64,000 bases of DNA from assembly GCA_964252035.1 (NCBI GenBank), contig OZ176201.1. One strand, written 5' to 3'. A model generated the notes under the pieces. The model did no database searches and was not told where the DNA came from. It was given only the letters and a program-made list of their open reading frames with translations. The translations under genes were made by a program, and so were the position numbers. Positions 49,301 to 61,300 of the stretch are shown here, in pieces; positions within the stretch are counted from its first letter, which is position 1, and every line of letters starts with the position of its first letter. Origin of the DNA: Podarcis erhardii (taxonomy: Eukaryota).

Positions 49301-51955
49301 AAAGGAGTATAGGAAATATTATTACAAGAAACCAATGCTTAACTATGGTTTAACACAACTGACCAACGTGCTCGTGTTCACTGCTCAGGAGTCCCTGCTT
49401 CATTTTTCTCATGTTCCTAGCTACAACAAGCTACAAGCCTTGGACTGTTGTGCTGCCTAAACCTGGGCTTAAAGGCCCCCCCCCCAAACAAACCATGAGT
49501 AGTAAGGCAAGAATAAACCTTGGCTACCTCTTATAATTTGTTCGGAGAGAAACAAACCACAATATCTGGTCTGAATATACAAGTCAAAGCTTGTGCCTTA
49601 TTGCTCCCAGAGCAGTATGGCCAACAGCAAGGGATGAACAAAGCAGGAAGCTTTGATCAGCAGGCACCCACTACTAATTTGCAATAAACTGTGGTTAAAC
49701 ATTAAATATGCTTTATTGCGACGTGGAAACCAGTTCACTTATAGGCATCAAAGACTTCACTGTGTTAGGGGAAAGTCCCAGAATTAGACATTTGGGCAGA
49801 TTTTCTCTTTCTTTCAAGGATTACAATGGTTAAACATTTAACCATCTTCAGTGCTTTGTTTTAAGCTACTCTCTGTTGTTTCACAAGTATGACAATTTAA
49901 AGACTCATTATTTGGGTGCTGATATTCTAACGAATTGCATACACATGGCCAAAATATGTACGTGCTTAATACCGATTTGACACACCATCTTTATGCAGAT
50001 GCCTGCAGCCTCTCTTGTACATAATTCTCAAAATGAAAATAATCAAATAGGTAGCTCCTCCTCACATAAACTAGAAACATCTGCCTGATACTTGACAGCC
50101 AGATGGACTATGTTATTAAGAACAAGACTAAAACAACTCTTCTGATTATATACAAAGTTTCCTAACCTGCACAACGACTTTAACTACTGCTCCCATAGGT
50201 GGAGCTGCCACAGCACGACCTTTCTCCTTCTGGGGCCGCACCCTTATATATAGCTCCAAAATAACTGCTGTACTTCATAACGCTCAGATAGCTAATGATC
50301 CTGTAGTGTAGAGTAAGCAAGAGAAATACCTTAAAACTGTTCTCAAGTAGCTTTATCTGTAGGCCAAAACCAACACCAAGCATGGTGACACTAAGATTCT
50401 AGAAAACTGCATTCCCACAATCTTTGAAAACAGATGTCCAGTTTTAGAGTACAATGATTCAAAACTAAAGTGCTAGTTGTTCTCATCTGCCCCCCCCCCC
50501 AACAGTGAAGAACAAAGAAGTACACAAGTTATTTAATGTTATTAACACATCCATATTCTAAAGGCCAGCCATGCACTGAAGCAGATTTCAAGAGGGCGGG
50601 GAACCTCTCAATTAACAAGAATTAAGAAGGCTTCACAACTGGTCTCACTGCTCCTGATATGCATAAATTAGTGTATTTTTAAACGCAGGAGCTCAGACTT
50701 GGATTGACTTACACCCTTGTATAGATAGCAGCATGCACAGTCAGCAATCCCATTACAGCCACTCAATGCATACTGCAATGCATAGGCATATGCCTTTGCA
50801 GGACTGAACCATTAACTATTTGCCAGCATCAGTTTCATCTAGCAGATATTTTTTTCTGGCTTACCTTTGCATAAAGCCTATGAATTTGAAAGGCGACACC
50901 TAGACTAGCTTACAACATACAAAATGCAGGAGAAAATCCACATCATCCCTCAGGGTCTATTAAAGATTTATTACCAAAGATGTAAGTTAGCAGGCCTCTG
51001 GCTCAGGTTCACAGTTACACTGCCATCAAAATTAGGGGACTAAGCTGAAAATAACCAGGTGTGCCTTAGTTCCAGAAAGCAGCGCAAAACCTGTAATTTC
51101 TCCCCATGTTACAATTCAGCTAAAAGCTATAGCAGACATGACAAGTGACAAAAGGAGAAAAGTTACTCTGCAAAAAATAACCTAAACCTAGGCAATTATC
51201 TCTTTCAAACCAGGCTACTTCCTGGAAGCCTCACAGTAAACAACTCCATCTGAGTATTATAAATTTTTTCTCCACCGACAGCTGGTGGATTTCCAAACCT
51301 CATACTTCACTGTCAGAACCCTTCGGCCCAGAAACATGTAGTCAGGAATTTTTTTTCCCATCCCAGCTTAGAAGCCAAATAAAAGAAGTGGGGAAGGAGG
51401 GGGGGGGGGGAGAGAGAGAGAGAGAAGAGAAAGGAGAAGAGAGCGATTTGCCCAAGGTCACAAAGGAAGTAACTGGGCACTACTGGGGCTCTCCCAGTCC
51501 TCACTTCCCCCAGTGTCGAGCCAAGGCTAACTGTAAACACGCTTGCTCTGAAGTCAGCCTCCCTGCAATACCCAGGTCTTCCTTCCGAGTAAACCCTGAC
51601 TGGAACTGCGGTGGTTGAGCAGGCGAGGGACACGACGGTTTTACTTCCCGCTACGGGGCTTGATGCGCTTCTTGGGCGTTCCTCTGTCACCTCACGGGAA
51701 AGCAGAGTCCGCTTGGGGTGGGGGTGGGGGGGCCGCGACCTGAAGGCCCCACCAGAGCGCCAGAGGCAAAGCGACCCCCGACCTCGCTTCTCCAAAGACA
51801 GCCGCTTCCCTCAGGCCGTCGTCGCCCCCCCCCCTTCCCCAACCCCCTCTCGGTTCATGCCACAGCGGCGCCCCCTCACCGAGGTAAATGTCCCCGAAGG
51901 AGCCGCTCCCGATCTTCCGGCCAAGCCGGTACCGGTTCCCGACTCTCAACTCCAT
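22308..51955 (-). CDS. CSNK1D: Casein kinase 1 delta; exons 1-8 give 399 aa, then alternative tails (415 aa delta1, 409 aa delta2)
   Basis: Exon sizes 76,111,149,229,171,149,172,140 nt, all GT-AG and in phase. [25 protein letters not shown] motifs; delta-specific [17 protein letters not shown] and [10 protein letters not shown]. Confidence 0.97.
23745..23780. repeat. Compound (CCGCCA)n(CCA)n microsatellite
   Basis: Direct reading. Confidence 0.9.
25885..25917 (-). CDS. CSNK1D: CK1-delta cassette exon (delta2 tail [10 protein letters not shown]); full exon 25850-25917
   Basis: CAG acceptor, AATAGCATTCCTTTCGAACACCATGGCAAGTAG, donor GG/GTGAGT at 25849. Confidence 0.93.
   Translation of the reverse strand, partial: NSIPFEHHGK
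34115..34254 (-). CDS. CSNK1D: CK1-delta exon 8
   Basis: [24 protein letters not shown]...MSTSQ; CAG/GTAC donor. Confidence 0.95.
34638..34809 (-). CDS. CSNK1D: CK1-delta exon 7
   Basis: [15 protein letters not shown]...[11 protein letters not shown]; G/GTAAGC donor. Confidence 0.95.
36179..36265 (-). mobile_element. Penelope-like element fragment with 13-bp flanking duplication
   Basis: 87-bp insert between ATCTGTAGTGGAG copies at 36166-36178 and 36266-36278; resembles recalled squamate Penelope pLTR fragments. Confidence 0.7.
36231..36267 (-). ncRNA. Minimal type I hammerhead ribozyme motif (helix I truncated)
   Basis: AU-CUGAAGA-A-GUGUGCAUGCACAC-GAAAGCUC-AUACC: catalytic boxes, palindromic helix II, palindromic AGCU helix III, CUC triplet. 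Confidence 0.7.
38440..38588 (-). CDS. CSNK1D: CK1-delta exon 6
   Basis: [24 protein letters not shown]...DWNMLKF; GTAAGT donor. Confidence 0.96.
38930..39052 (+). mobile_element. MIR/CORE-like SINE remnant
   Basis: GTGACTTTGGGCCAGTCACTGTCTCTCAG...CTCACAAGGTTGCTGTGAGGATAAA. Confidence 0.5.
39546..39716 (-). CDS. CSNK1D: CK1-delta exon 5
   Basis: [28 protein letters not shown]...KGYP. Confidence 0.96.
40886..41114 (-). CDS. CSNK1D: CK1-delta exon 4
   Basis: [24 protein letters not shown]...DFGLAKKY...THLGI. Confidence 0.96.
41516..41630 (-). mobile_element. CR1 LINE 3' end fragment
   Basis: AGTCCAACACCCTGCAATGCAG...GACAGATGGCCATCCAACATCTGCTTAAAAACCTCCAAGGA, the antisense of a recalled CR1 3' end. 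Confidence 0.55.
42951..43099 (-). CDS. CSNK1D: CK1-delta exon 3
   Basis: [30 protein letters not shown]...LADQM. Confidence 0.96.
43684..43808. mobile_element. Degraded hAT-type MITE
   Basis: CCCTCCAGGTGTTGTTGGACT...GATGTAGTCCAGAAACA core like 19998-20127. Confidence 0.45.
44418..45192 (+). mobile_element. LTR-like element (solo LTR or DIRS/Ngaro-type terminal remnant), 775 bp
   Basis: TG...CA ends with imperfect inverted termini (TGTGG..ACCCGA), TATA-like TATATG at 44548, AATAAA at 45001 and 45100, CpG-rich against an AT-rich intron, no TSD. Confidence 0.6.
45688..45798 (-). CDS. CSNK1D: CK1-delta exon 2
   Basis: [37 protein letters not shown]. Confidence 0.96.
47778..48004. mobile_element. 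Tc1/mariner-type MITE, family C (227 bp)
   Basis: TA-CAGT...ACTG-TA; right end CCTCCGGAACGGAT...GTACCACTG resembles families A and B. Confidence 0.65.
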
Positions 51956-52460
51956 CGAGGCGGCTCGGCAGGACCCGGACCCAGTCGCGAGGGACCCTGA
52001 CTCAGAGCAGGGCGACGCCAGAGACCATCGCGGCCCTCAGCCCCGCCTCTCGACGCCGGAGGGATTCGGGGGCGACAGCGCACCCCGGGTGGGGAGGATG
52101 GACGCAGATTCCCCGAGACCCGGATCCTCCCTCAGCGCAGCTAAGCCCCAGCCGCCATATTATGTGACCTCACTTCCTTGGCAACAGGGGGCGGAGCTTT
52201 GCGACGGAGGAGCATCCTCTTCTGAGGGAAAGCTGGGTCAGGGGGACCAGATTGTGAGGCCGCGCGCGCGAGAGAGAAAGGGGTGGGGAGGGAGAGGGGC
52301 CGCGTCTCCATGGTAACCGCTGGGCGCTGGGCTTCCCCTCGGCTCATTGGCCGCGGTAGGGTTTGGACTTGGCCCCACCCGTGAGAAGCGAGGCAGCTGC
52401 CACCCCATAACCAGGGCTCCGCTCACGGGCGGGTCCCGCAGCAGCGGGCTGCGCCCTAGT
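51620..52460 (-). promoter_or_regulatory. CpG island and promoter of CSNK1D
   Basis: CpG-dense; YY1-like GCCGCCATATT 52151-52161, ETS core GGAAGTG, GC box 52187-52195, X-box-like 52173-52185 and 52304-52317, CCAAT (minus) 52346-52350; no TATA box. Confidence 0.85.
51880..51955 (-). CDS. CSNK1D: CK1-delta exon 1 (coding part)
   Basis: [25 protein letters not shown]; G/GTGAGG donor. Confidence 0.97.
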
Positions 52461-53096
52461 ATTGTCAGAGATAATTGGGCTTATTCACACCAACTTTTCT
52501 ATAGGCTTCTGAGGCTGGAATAGCACGAAGCATGGTTGCAATACCGTCACGTAGCCCCATAAAAAGATGGTGCCAAAGCACATGCTGGGGTTTGTCAACC
52601 CTCAAGATCTGAAACGGTTTCCAATTGATTCATGGATGGCAGTGTCCTTTCTTGAGGCGGGGCGGCTGGCAGTGGGAGAACTTGCGGAAATGTCATGAAA
52701 TCATAAGGATGAAGGTGGTTCAAGGAAGGCCATTCTTGAGATGTAAAGCTGTTTCTTATCGTTTCCCTGCTTCACTTTGGGATTTGAGCTCAGGATTTGC
52801 ACCCTCCCCCAGGATGTGGCTGAAAAACACAGGTTTCACATTTGGGCTGAGTTGTCTTTAATATGGCCATTTCATCTGGGAGAAGTGAATTCATGAATTC
52901 ACTTTGTATTAATTTTATAGTGTTCTTACTCAAAGGAATGAATAGGAGGAGCCACGATGCATATGTTTTACATGGATGTTTTGCAGCTGATAAGCATCAG
53001 TCTGACTTAATTATGGTGTTTGGTGTAACGTGAAGAAACAAACCTTAACTTTGCTCTTTTATATCTAACTTGAGCTCTTTGGATTGCCAAGGTAAG

Positions 53097-53183
53097 AATG
53101 TATTCATCAGTCTGCTTTGTGTAGTCCACAAAATTGTGTGCCCTAACAGATTTGTCTCTTGAGGTGCCACTAGACTCTTTAGT
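53097..53183 (+). mobile_element. Decayed Penelope-like fragment
   Basis: GTAGTCCACAAAA...TCTCTTGAGGTGCCACTAGACTC resembles the 3' part of the 36179-36265 family. Confidence 0.4.
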
Positions 53184-53429
53184 TTCTTATGAAAGTTGAC
53201 ATTCAACATCGTTCATTTAATACAAGTTGACATCATTTTAGGTTCTCTTTAGAATGGACATAGTGAAAATATCATGTGGATCCAGAATTTTGGGAAGTCT
53301 TAGTGGACACTTTTTATATATAAAATGCCGAAATGTATTTATAACCATAGTGTGTTAAGCACAGTACTTGATTCCTACTCTTTAAGATGGTAGGAAGAAG
53401 AAAACTGAGTTATCACTTTACACATAAAA

Positions 53430-53799
53430 CATTAGAAAAGTAAAGTACTTTATTTACCAATGAGTCTGAAAAGTGCTGGTCAGAGTCTTAAATGATCCGA
53501 GGCATGAGTATCTAAAGGAGGATTCCCCCCAAAAACATTTCATAGTTAACCCATATTATGAAAGGTTGTTGTCAAGATAAAAATACTGCAATAAATTGTT
53601 TTATCCAAGAACCACTATTTGAAATCACTAGGACTGTGTCTTTCAGTTAAGGTGTGGTATGTAGGGCAGTGTGGGAGAATTATGAACATATTTTGCATTG
53701 TCTGACTTCCATAGCGATTAGTTTGGGAAAGTCAAATGATGGGGGCAAAGTACTATTTGATATACAGTGTTTTTAAAGTGCTGGTTTGTCTTTTGAATG
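53430..53799 (-). other. UTP18: Candidate non-coding terminal exon of UTP18
   Basis: Acceptor TTTCCTTTCATTTTAAAG at 53800-53801 and AATAAA (minus) 53449-53454; pairs with the donor at 55340. Confidence 0.5.
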
Positions 53800-54626
53800 C
53801 TTTAAAATGAAAGGAAACGATAAGAAATTAAGTATCCACCAGTGACCACTTGGGGTCAGTATTACACTACTGTTATTGAGCTTGAAACTAGATGCCTTCC
53901 AATGCCCACTTGGTGCAAAATATTCCCACAGCTCTGATTAAACTCAAGGTTATGTAACCCATGAAGGAGAGAAAGTAGTCAAATATGTAAGATTCTAGTA
54001 CTCAGGTATGCTACTTCTAAAAACAGAAGTCCCTCTTAGTTACCATATGTAACAGGCACTACTAGACCTATTCCCCATGAAGACATCCAACTTAGCAGCT
54101 CCAGCAGCACTTCCATAAGCATGCACTGTGAAATGGTATTTACCTTCTTCCCACCATTCAAACATGTAACCCACCCATTTAGGTACATTTCATCAAAAAC
54201 CAAGTGCTTCAGACTATTGAGGGTGGGTGGATTACATGTTTGAATGTTCAGTTTTAGTGCATCCTGTAAGGCTGTCCTACATAATTTCTCTGCATGTGTG
54301 CATTAGCCCCTACTTTCATGCAATATGTTCTCTTAAATAACACTGGTGATGTTATGGAGAAATATTAGAGACGAGTTTCTGCCAAGTTATTCAGAAAGCT
54401 ATGTATTGCTACAAATGCACATACATATAAATACATCAAGGCAATGAAGAAAAGTTAATCCACTTTCTTAAAGTCACAGGGTACACCATCTGTAGAGAGA
54501 AGAGTATGAAGAGCAAGTCAGCAAATGTTCAAGAAAAAGGCTGCATCCTCCAAAAAGCCATTTAATGTATAAGAATATGAACAGTTATATTAGCAAAGAT
54601 TTAAGCAATGAATAGCACTAGACTAT

Positions 54627-54963
54627 GGAGCTGTGAGTTAAACCACTGAGCCTGGGGCTTGCCGATCAGAAGGTCGGTGGTTCGAATCCCCGTGATGGGG
54701 TGAGCTCCCATTGCTCGGTCCCTGCTCCTGCCAACCTAGCAGTTCGAAAGCACGTCAAGTGCAAGTAGATAAATAGGTACCGCTCTGGCGGGAAGGTAAA
54801 CAATGTTTCCGTGCGTTGCTCTGGTTCACCAGAAGTGGCTTGGTCATGCTGGTGACATGACCCAGAAGCTGTATGCCAGCTCCCTTCGCCAGTAAAGTGA
54901 GATAAGACCCGCAACCCCAGAGTCGTCCGTGACTGGACCTAACGGTCAGGGGTCCCTTTACCT
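54627..54963 (+). mobile_element. Sauria SINE (Squam1-like), near full length
   Basis: Aligns to 9491-9824; GGTTCGAATCC B box and CCTTTACC tail. Confidence 0.9.
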
Positions 54964-55360
54964 AGCACTGGACTAAATGTCCAGTGAAACCAAGTAAGAT
55001 TTACATTTGTTTTAATTTTTATTGTTAATTGTAAACTGTGATTTCAGTGTTATCGATTGCTACGCTGGGACCCTTGCAGGAAGGGCAGACTACAAATACT
55101 TGTCCTACAAATGCATGTGCTGTTGTGTAGCATAATTCAGTGCATACATTCTCAAAAGGAAAGCCCACTTAGTTCAGTGTGCTTTATTCCAAATAAGTGC
55201 ACACACTTCACTAACCATTAAAATTCAATACAAAACTGCAATGAACTGAATTTCTTTCTGACTCTGAAATTGTAACAAGGAAATTTAAACTATATTGCCC
55301 GCAATTCTCTAGCAGCATTTCTACTTCAGTTGATAATTACCTCAGTCTAAAGTCATCAGT

Positions 55361-55385
55361 TTAGAAATCTGAGTAGTGTTTCAAC
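55361..55385 (-). CDS. UTP18: UTP18 last coding exon (R)LKHYSDF*
   Basis: TTTGCAG acceptor; TAA at 55361-55363. Confidence 0.9.
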
Positions 55386-58300
55386 CTGCAAAGTTAAAAC
55401 AGAGTTAATATGCAATAGTTTGAGATATTCCCAACTACAAGACCACAAAGCACCCTGCTTTAGCTTTCTAAATTATACCACAGTGGTTCTAATATTTTAT
55501 GGCAATGTTTTCATCTAACATCAACATATCAGGGTACAGAGTAGCAAAGTATGTTTTTAAAAGAGACAAGGGAAATAAGAATGTGCAAGAAAATTCAAAT
55601 TGTGCCCAGGTCAGTTAAATTATAAAAACCTGTTTTATTATTATTAGGTATCAAAGGCAATATCCATCTAAGCTATACTAAGACTAGTTACTCCGAGTAT
55701 GACTAACATTAATACTGCCCACAGTCAATAATATAACACAAATCTGAAGAAATCTAAGAGTTAAATATCACCGTAATTGCAGTAGCATGATTTAATACAT
55801 ACCTATACAATAAAGCTTTGCCTTTGTTATTTGCTATGGAAAAATATCCACTTCTGGGTGAGAAGTCCATGGAGTTAGCCAAGTATATTAACTTTCTTTT
55901 GAACACCGGAAAATTTGGGAATACAGTAAATGAAGGAATGTGCACCTGCGAAGGAGAGTGGAGCAAGGTAATGAAACTGAGGGGCGGGGTAAGTGAAAGC
56001 ATACTTCATTGTCATACATGGTATTATTAATAATAATAATATTTTTATACCCCACCCTCCCTGGCCAAAACCGGGCTCAGAGCGGTTAACATGAAAATAA
56101 AAAACATTCAAACATTAATTTCTACAGTTACTCTCAAGACAATAACTCTGAACCCAACAGCTTTATCTTAAGCAAAGGCTTGTGCAGAACTAACAGGATT
56201 TTCTAACCCTTTCCCCTGCATCTGTCCATTTACAAGCTACTTTAGAAATTCCCTGAGTTTTGGTACAGAGGATCTCCCAGGGTGGGAGGCTGGAGGAAGA
56301 GGGGGATTGCTGGGAGGGTTCACTCTTCTGTGTGGAATAAAGGTTAAGATATTGGTCTTTTATTCTCTTTCACTTCTTCTTTCTTTTCTTTTCCTTTTTC
56401 CTTTTTCCCTACTTTTCTTCTCTAGATTAGTTTGGCTTTATGAAAAGTAAATAAAAATTGATTATAAAAAAGAAACTTCCCTGTCCAGGATCTTTCTAAC
56501 TACAGATTTTGCATATACAGTTACAATTAAAACTCACTATCTCAAAATTTCCCTTGTGGGCTGCCTGTTCCTGCACTTGCAGGATATGAACCACATGACG
56601 TTTCCACCAGCTGTGTGACATCTAGGTTTTTCTGGAGCTAAATCCCACTTTTCGCCTAAATGGTAGCAATGTGAAAAGCTTTTCTAATATGATAAAATGG
56701 ATGTTTTGGGGTTATCTCATTTTCTCCTGTTCCAAAACAGAAATTGGCAGACTGTGTGTACCTGGTGAAAAGGAAAAGGTTTCCCCATATAAAGCTCCTA
56801 AAGTGAGAAATGTTTGCCTCAAACCATAAAGTATAGGCATTTCTGTCTTTCTGTTGTTGTCGTCATATTTCTGGTAATTTCCCAGAAGACTTATTCAAAC
56901 TCAATACATTCTCACTATCCAAGAACCATGCAACGTGTGTGTCTGTTCTATGTATGTGAAAATGCTTGCAGCTTGCAATTACTTGAGCAACTAGGATGTC
57001 ACAGAATGTTCAGACATGCAAAGCGCTCAAGGTGAAGAGGTCAGCAACAGAATGTTGACAAATAACAAAACTTCTGTAAAGGAAAATGATAATCACGAGC
57101 AGGAGAAAAATCCTCCAGTAAGCGACCTAGTTATAAGTGTTATAAGACGAACTGTTTTTTGTTTGTTTTGCTGAATTAAGGCAAGGGGAGATGAACAGGG
57201 GATCTCTGTAGGCATGGGAATCCAAGGCTGGGATGCTGAGGAGGACCTTAGGAGCTGAAAAGAACAAGCAGGAAAACTCCAGCTTAAATTGAATCAAATT
57301 AATACTTAGCCATTGAATTAAACTTAGGAGAAATTCTTACCAGCTTTACCGCCTCATCTACTTTATTAGAAGCAATTGCCAATATTTCAGTGGTGGGACT
57401 GAAGGATAACGATGTTGCAGGTGTGACCAAGTTCATTATAGCTTTAAGAGGCTTAGGACTAGTTTCTCTGAGACAGTCATCCTGAGCATACACATTCACA
57501 ACTCCAGAACTAGAACTAGAAAAAAAGAGTTTGTGGTTTATAAAATGCTTAAACCATAATTAAATTAACTCAGCAATTTATATTCATGATCCTATATTTC
57601 TCCAGAAGTACCAAGCGTCATTTCCTATCAGCTATACTGAGGAAATGTTAATGCGTAACTATAGTAAAATCTTATTCATGTAAGTAAAAAGAGTGCATTT
57701 TTTTACTACGTTTATGCTTACGGTAAGTTTGTAGAAGGGAGGCTCCATCTACAGAAAGAGGTTTGACAGCTACAGCCATTCCTAGACTGGGAAAGCCATG
57801 CCACAGTAGTTCATGCATGAAGTGATTTCAAGTAGATTACTCCAATGCACTCTATGTGGGACTTTCCTTCTGCTTGCTCTGGAAGCTGCAGTTAGTGCAG
57901 AATGCTGCAGCACAATTGCTGACTCCTACATATGCTGCAAGAAGCTCACTTGTATCTTAGGGGGAGCAATTAGCCACAGCCATTTTTAAATCAAGGCAAG
58001 CAACATGGCAGCTCTACAGAATTTAAGGGCAAAAAGCTGCTCAATATTTACTCAGTCAAGTCTTCCAAGTCATGGGAGCTCTCTGTGTATCAACCACGGA
58101 CTAAAAATAAGATATTTCTGAAGACTACTTTGATAAAGCCTGGAACTTGATCTAAAAAGCATTTGCAATGTGTTTACCTGTCATACTGGCAAGTTATTTT
58201 GTTACCATATATAAAGATACACCACTAAATTATTTGTCGATTTTGCCCTCCTCTGAATTTGGCCTCTTATAGCACATTACTAAGAATGTTTACTCAAAAG

Positions 58301-61300
58301 TAAGTCCCACTGAAATCAAGTGGATTTAATATGCTGAGAGCTGCAACATTAGTAACGCATGTCTGAACCCATAATTATCTGACAACTCCAGTGTCTTCGA
58401 AGTAGAGAACCTTCCGGTATGATCCAAGAAAGAAAATATCTTAAAATATTGGCTCTGCTTCCACTTACCCACATGCCACATACTGGTTGTTTTTGGAGAC
58501 TGCAATTGATGTACCACACATACAACCTTCGTCAGAAAATCTGTTTAGGCATCGTCTGCTTTTTACATCCCATACGAAAACTTCACCCTGAACTGACAGA
58601 CAGAGAGACAAATAGGGAAATTTTTTAGAGGAAGTAATATATGACATCAAAATGCTGGATTTAAAGGGGGGGGACCTCTGCTAAACTATGAACAACTGAA
58701 GAGCACAGCAAGGAATAACTCCATACACTACTCAAAGATTATAACTATTATATAGTGAGTTTCTATTAAATAGGTACTCACATGCATACATCATAAGTAG
58801 TAAAAGGCACAACTGTTTCATGGTTTATGGGGAGGTTGTATCGGGTCACAAATTCCAGTTTCAACTTAAGGCATCTTGCTATGAGTGCTTTCTAATCAGA
58901 AAATGAGCCTGTGACGATTACTACTGTTACAGCTGCAACAGAGGCTATACAAAGTACTCCTTTCACTAAAAATTGCACACCTTCATACAGTGATGCCACA
59001 TCTTATCTGACTTACCAGAATGCGTGTAGATTTTGCTGCTATCTGGAGAGAAAGATGATTCCAAAGACTTCCCATTTATTTTCATGCTCCCAATAAGCTC
59101 TTTCGTCTAAAATAGAAATGCAATTGCTGATCAACACAAGTAGTCACAATATCATAAAGTGAAAGAGTCTGGTCTCATGAGAGGAATGTGCCCTTCTACA
59201 GTCATCATAAAAAGGAGGGGAAGAAAACTTGTAGGGTGCACACAAATGTGTTTTCATATATATATTTCTTAGTACACCATTGTGATTCCTTATATGGTGC
59301 TCTGTTGCCCTATTTCCCTCCTGTTATTTATGGCTTTCTTCCTTTGGTTTATCTTTTTCCTTCTATAGTCTCCACCACACCAGTGACTTACTCATTTACA
59401 GTATTCAGATGACTTGTTTAATAAGAGACACTTACAACACAAAACTCTAAAGATAATCAACCACTTAAATATTTGCCACCACTATTTGGATTTAACAAAA
59501 TCAAAGTCAAGAAATCCACACCATCCATGTGACTTGTCTGCTGAAATGGCTACTGTTGAGCAGCACAGAAGTTTTGCATGAAGCATAAGACTACAAAATG
59601 CTATGTGGTTCGTATTTGCCATATTAGTATTAAAATGCATTTTTAGTATGAACTCTAGCTGATACAACTTCTCTGCTGGTAGAACTGTGTTGCTGTTTGA
59701 ACTTAAAATGCTCATTTTCGGAAACAAATGCAGATTTTACCTTCATTGTCAACAAATGCAGATAGCCTGATGTTCCATTAAGGAGCAGGAATCTTCCATC
59801 TGGTGATACTTCAAAATTTTTGATAAACTTCTCCTCTAAACCTTAAGTTCAAAAAAACAATATGTGTTATATAGTTCCAGCACATATATATATATAGGAG
59901 CTAATTGCCAAAGCTAACTATTAGCTTATAAATTATGGTTTAATCTGGGTGCTAATTTATAAAGAATAATAGAACGTTATTTCCTTGAATGTTTATTCTT
60001 TTTCTTATAGATGCCATTGTTCCAAAGACATGGAAGAACACTGGGCACTAGTTCTACTGCCATGTGACACAGAAGGAATTTAATTAGAAATCTTTTATGT
60101 CTAATTCAGAAAAAATAAAATTATATTTGAGCATTATTCGAGTCTACTTAAAATTCAGTGTGTACAAAAATATAAGCAAGCAGTGAAACCTCACCTCTGA
60201 TATGGGTTATAGGAATAATTTTTCCAGCCATCATGTCGTATATATAGAACCGCTTGTTGTGTATGCTAGTTGCAATAACTTGCTCTCCATTTGCACTAAA
60301 ACGTGCCTTGTACACTGGAAAGCTTTCCAGATGAATGCTCTGTATCTTTGGATTAGCGATGCCATCCACCTTTAAAGAGAAAAAGATGCATTCATTTTTC
60401 ACCTCAGAATGGGAAATATTTAAGAGGATTTCTAAAATACAAATGTAATGACTAGCGAATGCCAGTTTGTCTTGAATTCAAATTCCTTGATTTGACGGCA
60501 ACCCAGAGTCCCACAGAAACATTAGGCTGCTTCTGCCTGCTACTGCATCATATGGAGCTCCACCATAACAAGGAACTCCTTCTGCTTCTATGCAAACAAT
60601 AGGGATGACCCACTTGCTTCCATGCACTTTTGAGTGTTTCCAGTCCTTAAAGTTTGGTATTAATATGCAAATTTAAACCCCACCCATCCAACCACCACAT
60701 AGGTGTCTAAAGTATGTCTCAGCCAATCAGTTCCTATAAAATAGTATACAAGAACATAGAACAGAAACAATTGCATTATATATAAGGTAATTATTCCTCA
60801 CCTGGAACAGTGAAACAGACCGATCAAGCCCAGCAGTCATAATAACTTGAGCAGAAGGATGGAACTGCACAGTTGTCAGTTTTGCATCTGACAGACGTTC
60901 ACTATTGGCAAACTTGCAGTTTTTCATCTAAAATGCAGAACAGGAACATGTGTGGTTGTTATGAACCTGCATAACCACTAAGTACGTATAGAAAAGAAAA
61001 ATCTACGCACTCGTGACAGTATCCAACACTGCACAAGCAGCACTAAGCTACCCAAATAAGACCTCCCCTTCTGCTCCTCCCTGAATACCCCCACAAAAAC
61101 TGCTCCACAGGGTTCTTCAACCGTCTGGAGCAGATTTTGAGGGTGGGTGAGAGGCTTCAAGACAGGGAAGAAGGTTCAAGTGTGCAAACAGAAATCTTCT
61201 GCCCAAGTTAAACAGCAGTTTTGGACACAACCCTATGTCTGCACTACTGAAATATATTTCAGCAAATTTGCTACCAATTCTGTCCTAAGATACATTCAGT

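Noticed and set aside
51313-52426. Cluster of 60-160 aa ORFs on both strands
   Set aside because: Expected from stop-codon scarcity in a CpG island; low-complexity Pro/Arg/Gly content.
53097-53183. Second possible hammerhead in a Penelope-like remnant
   Set aside because: The CUGANGA box is missing and GAAA reads AAAA, so no catalytic core remains.
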